DNA from: Sandaracinaceae bacterium
Lineage (GTDB): Bacteria > Myxococcota_A > Polyangia > Polyangiales > JADJQN01
Direction: 5' to 3'
Length of the DNA stretch: 37,382 bases
Assembly (NCBI GenBank): GCA_947483975.1
Contig: CANKOL010000006.1
Coordinates: 1 to 37,382 of the forward strand
Positions 34,801-37,382 of this stretch are shown piece by piece (the first letter of the stretch is position 1; every line of letters begins with the position of its first letter). A model generated the notes under the pieces. The model worked only from the letters and a program-made list of their open reading frames with translations, did not search any database and was not told the origin of the DNA. The position numbers were made by a program, and so were the translations under genes.

Positions 34801-36240
34801 CGCGTCCGGCATCACGATCACCGGCGCCTGACACTCGCCGCGCAGGCAGGTCTCGCCCGACGGGCAGACGACGCCGGCGCACGCGCTCGCGCAGGTGCCG
34901 CCGCGGCAGATGCGCCCGGGGGCACAGAGCACGCCGAGACACGCCGCTTCGACGCAGTATCCCGTCTCTTCACACGCTTCGCCGACGGGGCAGCCCGTGA
35001 CCTCGCAGCGCGTGTTGCAGTTGCCCGCCGTGCAGACCTCGCACGACGCGCAGGTCACGACGGCGCACAGATCCTGGCAGCTGCCGCCGACGCACTCGCG
35101 TCCCGGCGGGCAGATGACGCCGTTGCACACGCCGATGCAGGCGCCCTCGACGCAGCGCTCGCCGGCGGCGCACGTCACGGAGGCGCACGCGTCTTCGAGG
35201 CAGACGCCCGTCGGTGAGCACGTGAAGCCCGTCGCGCAGCCGCCCTCGAAGCACGGCGTGATGCAGCGCCCGCGGTCGCAGATGTCGACGGAGCCGCACA
35301 TCCCGGGATCCTCGTCGACCATGCCGTCGCAGTCGTTGTCGAAGGCGTCGCAGCGCTCGGCGCTCGCGGCGACGATCGGCTCGCACTCGATGCTCGAGCC
35401 GCGGCATTGCGTGCGCCCCTCGGCGCAGACGCCGACCGCGTCGGGCAGCGTGCAGGGATTCCCCGCGTCGGGGCACTCGACGACGCCGCGCCGGATGCGG
35501 AAGCGCCAGATGCCCGGCTCACCGACGTTCGAGCCGTCGCAGACGACGCGGCTGATGCCGTCGAGCCGTGAGCCCATGATCGACACGAAATCCGTCAGGT
35601 TGCCCGCGTCGAAGCCGACCTGCGCCGGAGTGCCGCCGAAGCCGCCCGTGCCGCCGCTCGCGTCGCCCGTCTCCCACTCGCACTGCGTGTAGCGAAACTC
35701 GACGTCGAAGTCGCCCGCGATCCCGCAGTAGCGTGACTCGGTCAGGATCAACTGGAACGTCATCTGGTTGCTGTCGTCGCAGCTGAAGAAGCCGACGTGG
35801 TCCCAGGTGATGACCATCCGACCCGGCTCGACGTGCCACCACACGCCGTTCGTCGTCGGGTTCGCGCAGCCCAAGCCGCCGCCGAAGCCGCTGCACGACG
35901 CGCCTCGGATGTCGACGTCCGCCCAATAGGGCGCGATGGTCGGGCGGTCAGCGACGGGGAACGCCGTCGGCGTGAACGTCGAGAGCGGCCCCTGGAACGT
36001 GATGTTTCCGTTCGTGTTGACGTAGGCGAGCGTGTGCCGCCGTCCGAAGAACTCGAGCCCCCCAGGGAAGGCCGCCGTCAGGTCGATCATGTTCGACGAG
36101 CCATCGTCGTTCGGCGATAGACACTCCGTGCCGTAGCCGCGCACCCCGCCGAGCGTGTCGATGAGCATGGGCTGCGCGAGCGCGATGGTGGGCGAGCCAG
36201 CGAGGGCCAAAGTCAGAAGAAAGCCGACAATTCGGTTCAC
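31861..36240 (-). CDS. Large exported protein (1459 aa): NIDO domain, Cys-rich stalk, internal MYXO-CTERM plus internal lipobox, DUF4215 and MopE-like repeats, two jelly-roll (MAM-like) domains flanking a CARDB-like domain
   Basis: GTG 36240 gives a signal ending ALA-Q. NIDO motifs 'NDDGSS...YVNTNGNITF...IAPYWADVD...TFQLIL...EFRY...WETGDASGG'. Repeats 'DCxDxD....PG..E.C.xxDxDC'. Duplicated 'Y.E.FE...GGWT...SSWARGTP' domain. Confidence 0.88.
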   Translation of the reverse strand: MNRIVGFLLTLALAGSPTIALAQPMLIDTLGGVRGYGTECLSPNDDGSSNMIDLTAAFPGGLEFFGRRHTLAYVNTNGNITFQGPLSTFTPTAFPVADRPTIAPYWADVDIRGASCSGFGGGLGCANPTTNGVWWHVEPGRMVITWDHVGFFSCDDSNQMTFQLILTESRYCGIAGDFDVEFRYTQCEWETGDASGGTGGFGGTPAQVGFDAGNLTDFVSIMGSRLDGISRVVCDGSNVGEPGIWRFRIRRGVVECPDAGNPCTLPDAVGVCAEGRTQCRGSSIECEPIVAASAERCDAFDNDCDGMVDEDPGMCGSVDICDRGRCITPCFEGGCATGFTCSPTGVCLEDACASVTCAAGERCVEGACIGVCNGVICPPGRECVGGSCQDLCAVVTCASCEVCTAGNCNTRCEVTGCPVGEACEETGYCVEAACLGVLCAPGRICRGGTCASACAGVVCPSGETCLRGECQAPVIVMPDAGMPDAGALDGEVPTTDGGPSTLDMNVVSPDGGRISPPAPQPSGCGCAVPGQSRGDARGGLLALMLLGVAFAGRRRRSLLPFVAAAAVAATLGACTVRDTPTPVTDPCGNGVLSSAEICDDGNAADGDGCAALCFVEFGWECAGEPSTCTRSIVPAVCGDHVLAGSEQCDDGGQTAECDADCTLVRCGDSVVNTASGEECDDGNPIDGDGCTSRCVVEPDTCGNGMCEGGETCTNCGIDCALTPLCMECPDADGDGARDDTCGGTDCNDDDVAVGPGMTEVPCNRIDDDCSPTTRDSLDADMDGSSCNFDCDDHDPARSPLFREVCGDGLDNDCDAATPDLSDFDGDGSMCDVDCDDFRATTCPTCPELCNNTLDDDCDPATPDRFDADVDGSLCNVDCDDSDPTRRPGGVELCDGIDNNCNGVLDGVNEDDDRDGFADLACGAACVGTCGDCNDANARVSPAALEVCGNLIDDDCDPATTDALVDLDGDGAYCDVDCNDMDAAVFPDAAGICGPRFSYFEDFEASAGGWTTSGTASSWARGTPAATFINHAASGTSAWVTNLLGNYNTSELSYLTSPRLDLSAVFGDPQLSFSHIFTTESCCDEGWVEVSTDGGMAWRKLGLSGQGTNWYNNATSQYWNGTSGVAGAWRTASLRLTDVAGQPDVRLRFVMSADSSLQYEGFGVDDVRLDNQLADLALTAVNAAPPVACAGVSVPIRATVRNDGITTVGAFGISYSIDGGAPVAESVTHTLRPGEVYEHTFTTPAVLTGGSRTIAVALSLVGDTVTTNDTRSVIVAIEPIVAMVDGVPYSEGFETDAGGWTTNGTLSSWARGTPTKLFISSAGAGTSAWVTSLTAPYNNGELSYLLSPCFDFTAVSVDPTLSFLHIYKTRVGSDRGWLEVTRDGSTWTKLGVAGDGTNWYSDAVTNAWNGNSGTAGVWRTASRTAESVAGLPLVRFRFVLSTDVSGTDEGFAVDDFTITP

Positions 36241-36424
36241 GGGGTCTACCTTGGGCGAGGGCCTTGGGGGGGCTGAAGAGGCCACGCCGCGACGGAGCTG
36301 ATCGTCGAGCGGGGGCCGAGGCAATAGCACGTCGAAGCGCACCGTGGTACCGGGCCGCCCCCTCCGGCGTGCCTCGGCGACGCGTTTGGCTCGTTACGGC
36401 GCCTCTCGCCGGCCGGGCGAAGCC

Positions 36425-36751
36425 CTACTCGAGCCCAGCGTCGCGGCGGAACTCGTGGCACTGCGCGCTGCCGCGCTCGAAGTCGCGACAGGTCGTACCG
36501 CGGACCTCGTAGATGGCGCAGGCGTTCGCGGTCGCTTCGGTGCCGAGGTGCACGCACGCGCCGTCGTCCCGCGTCGCGAACGCGGCCTCACCGAAGTGTC
36601 CCGGCTGAAGCTGTGCGACGAGGTCCTCGCGCCCGAGGCTCTTCCAGCGCGCGAGGTCCTCGGCGGGGACGAGGATGCAGCCGTCGCGCCCCGTCCGGCA
36701 GCAAGCACCACAGGCGAGGCAGTCGAGCGTGAGCGGGGCGTCGGCAGACAT
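36425..36751 (-). CDS. YkgJ-family cysteine-cluster (CxxCxxCC) protein
   Basis: GGAGG precedes ATG 36751. DCLACGACC, 'GACVHL', 'CAIYEVR...CRDF'. Confidence 0.88.
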   Translation of the reverse strand: MSADAPLTLDCLACGACCRTGRDGCILVPAEDLARWKSLGREDLVAQLQPGHFGEAAFATRDDGACVHLGTEATANACAIYEVRGTTCRDFERGSAQCHEFRRDAGLE

Positions 36752-36794
36752 CAGGTTCCTCCAGCATGCGTTGGCGCGATATGCTCGCGCCACC

Positions 36795-37382
36795 ATGACG
36801 ACACCTGCGGTCGGCTCCATCGAGTTCTTCTTCGACGTCGGCTCGCCCTACAGCTACCTCGCGGCCGAGCTCATCGGAGGCGTCGCCGAGCGCACCGGCG
36901 TGCCCGTGCGCTGGCGGCCGTTCTTGCTCGGCGCCGTCTTCAAGGCGAGCGGCAACGAGATGCCCGCGCGCATCCCGGCGAAGGCGCGCTGGATGCTCGA
37001 GGACCTGCGCGCCTGGGCGCGGCTCTACGAGGTGCCGTTCCGGATGGCGTCGCGCTTCCCGCTCAACACGCTGCGCACGCAGCGCGGGCTCTGCGCGGCC
37101 GCGCTCAGCGCTGGCGAAGGCGCCGTGCCGGCGTACGCGCTCGCGCTCTTTCAGGCGTACTGGGTCGATGATCGCGATGTGTCGTCGGACGCGGAGCTCG
37201 CCGTGCTCGCCGACGCCGCTGGGCTCGACGGCGCGGCGATCGTCGCGGCGATCGACGCGCCTGCGACCAAGGACGCGCTCCGCGCCAACACCGACGACGC
37301 CGTCGCGCGCGGCGCGTTCGGCGCGCCGACGTGCTTCTATGATGGCGCTATGTTCTGGGGGCACGACCGCCTGCCGCTGCTC
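36795..37382 (+). CDS. 2-hydroxychromene-2-carboxylate isomerase / kappa-GST (DsbA-fold) family protein, 3'-truncated by the window end
   Basis: Translated by hand (absent from the ORF track because there is no stop): MTTPAVGSIEFFFDVGSPYSYLA...WRPFLLGAVFKASGN...FPLNT...GAFGAPT...MFWGHDRL. Confidence 0.92.
   Translation, partial: MTTPAVGSIEFFFDVGSPYSYLAAELIGGVAERTGVPVRWRPFLLGAVFKASGNEMPARIPAKARWMLEDLRAWARLYEVPFRMASRFPLNTLRTQRGLCAAALSAGEGAVPAYALALFQAYWVDDRDVSSDAELAVLADAAGLDGAAIVAAIDAPATKDALRANTDDAVARGAFGAPTCFYDGAMFWGHDRLPLL

Noticed and set aside
28289..35217. Very long plus-strand ORFs (28289..32146, 32149..35217) and similar Arg/Ala-rich ORFs throughout the window
   Set aside because: These are shadow frames of high-GC genes on the opposite strand or in another frame, with low-complexity R/A/G translations and no domains.

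Overview
High-GC (roughly 70%+, judged by eye) bacterial chromosomal DNA. It is very likely Myxococcota (Polyangia/Sandaracinaceae-like), given a MYXO-CTERM motif, DUF4215-type Cys repeats, an RpoH-box sigma factor and DAG-rich lipoprotein linkers. Left to right: the end of a sulfonate/nitrate-type ABC operon; a hybrid kinase; a repeat-rich lamin-tail lipoprotein; a ~9.3 kb respiratory locus; an SPFH gene; a DUF2946-like leader plus a metal-uptake operon with no ATPase; an RpoH-like sigma factor; two decayed polysaccharide genes; four large minus-strand exported proteins; and a divergent YkgJ / HCCA-isomerase pair. Two candidates stand out as possibly undescribed. (1) A Cbc4 (CbcSTU)-like quinol oxidoreductase expanded with a 9-heme cytochrome and a 33-heme cytochrome that appears to fuse a NapC/NirT-like head to a long heme chain (46 heme motifs in total). 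It has two convergent NrfD paralogues and no catalytic subunit or porin. (2) A 1459-aa protein with an internal MYXO-CTERM immediately followed by an internal lipoprotein signal, suggesting a polyprotein processed into two separately anchored surface proteins. No rRNA, tRNA, CRISPR array or transposase was seen. All family assignments come from motif recognition by eye; no database searches were run.
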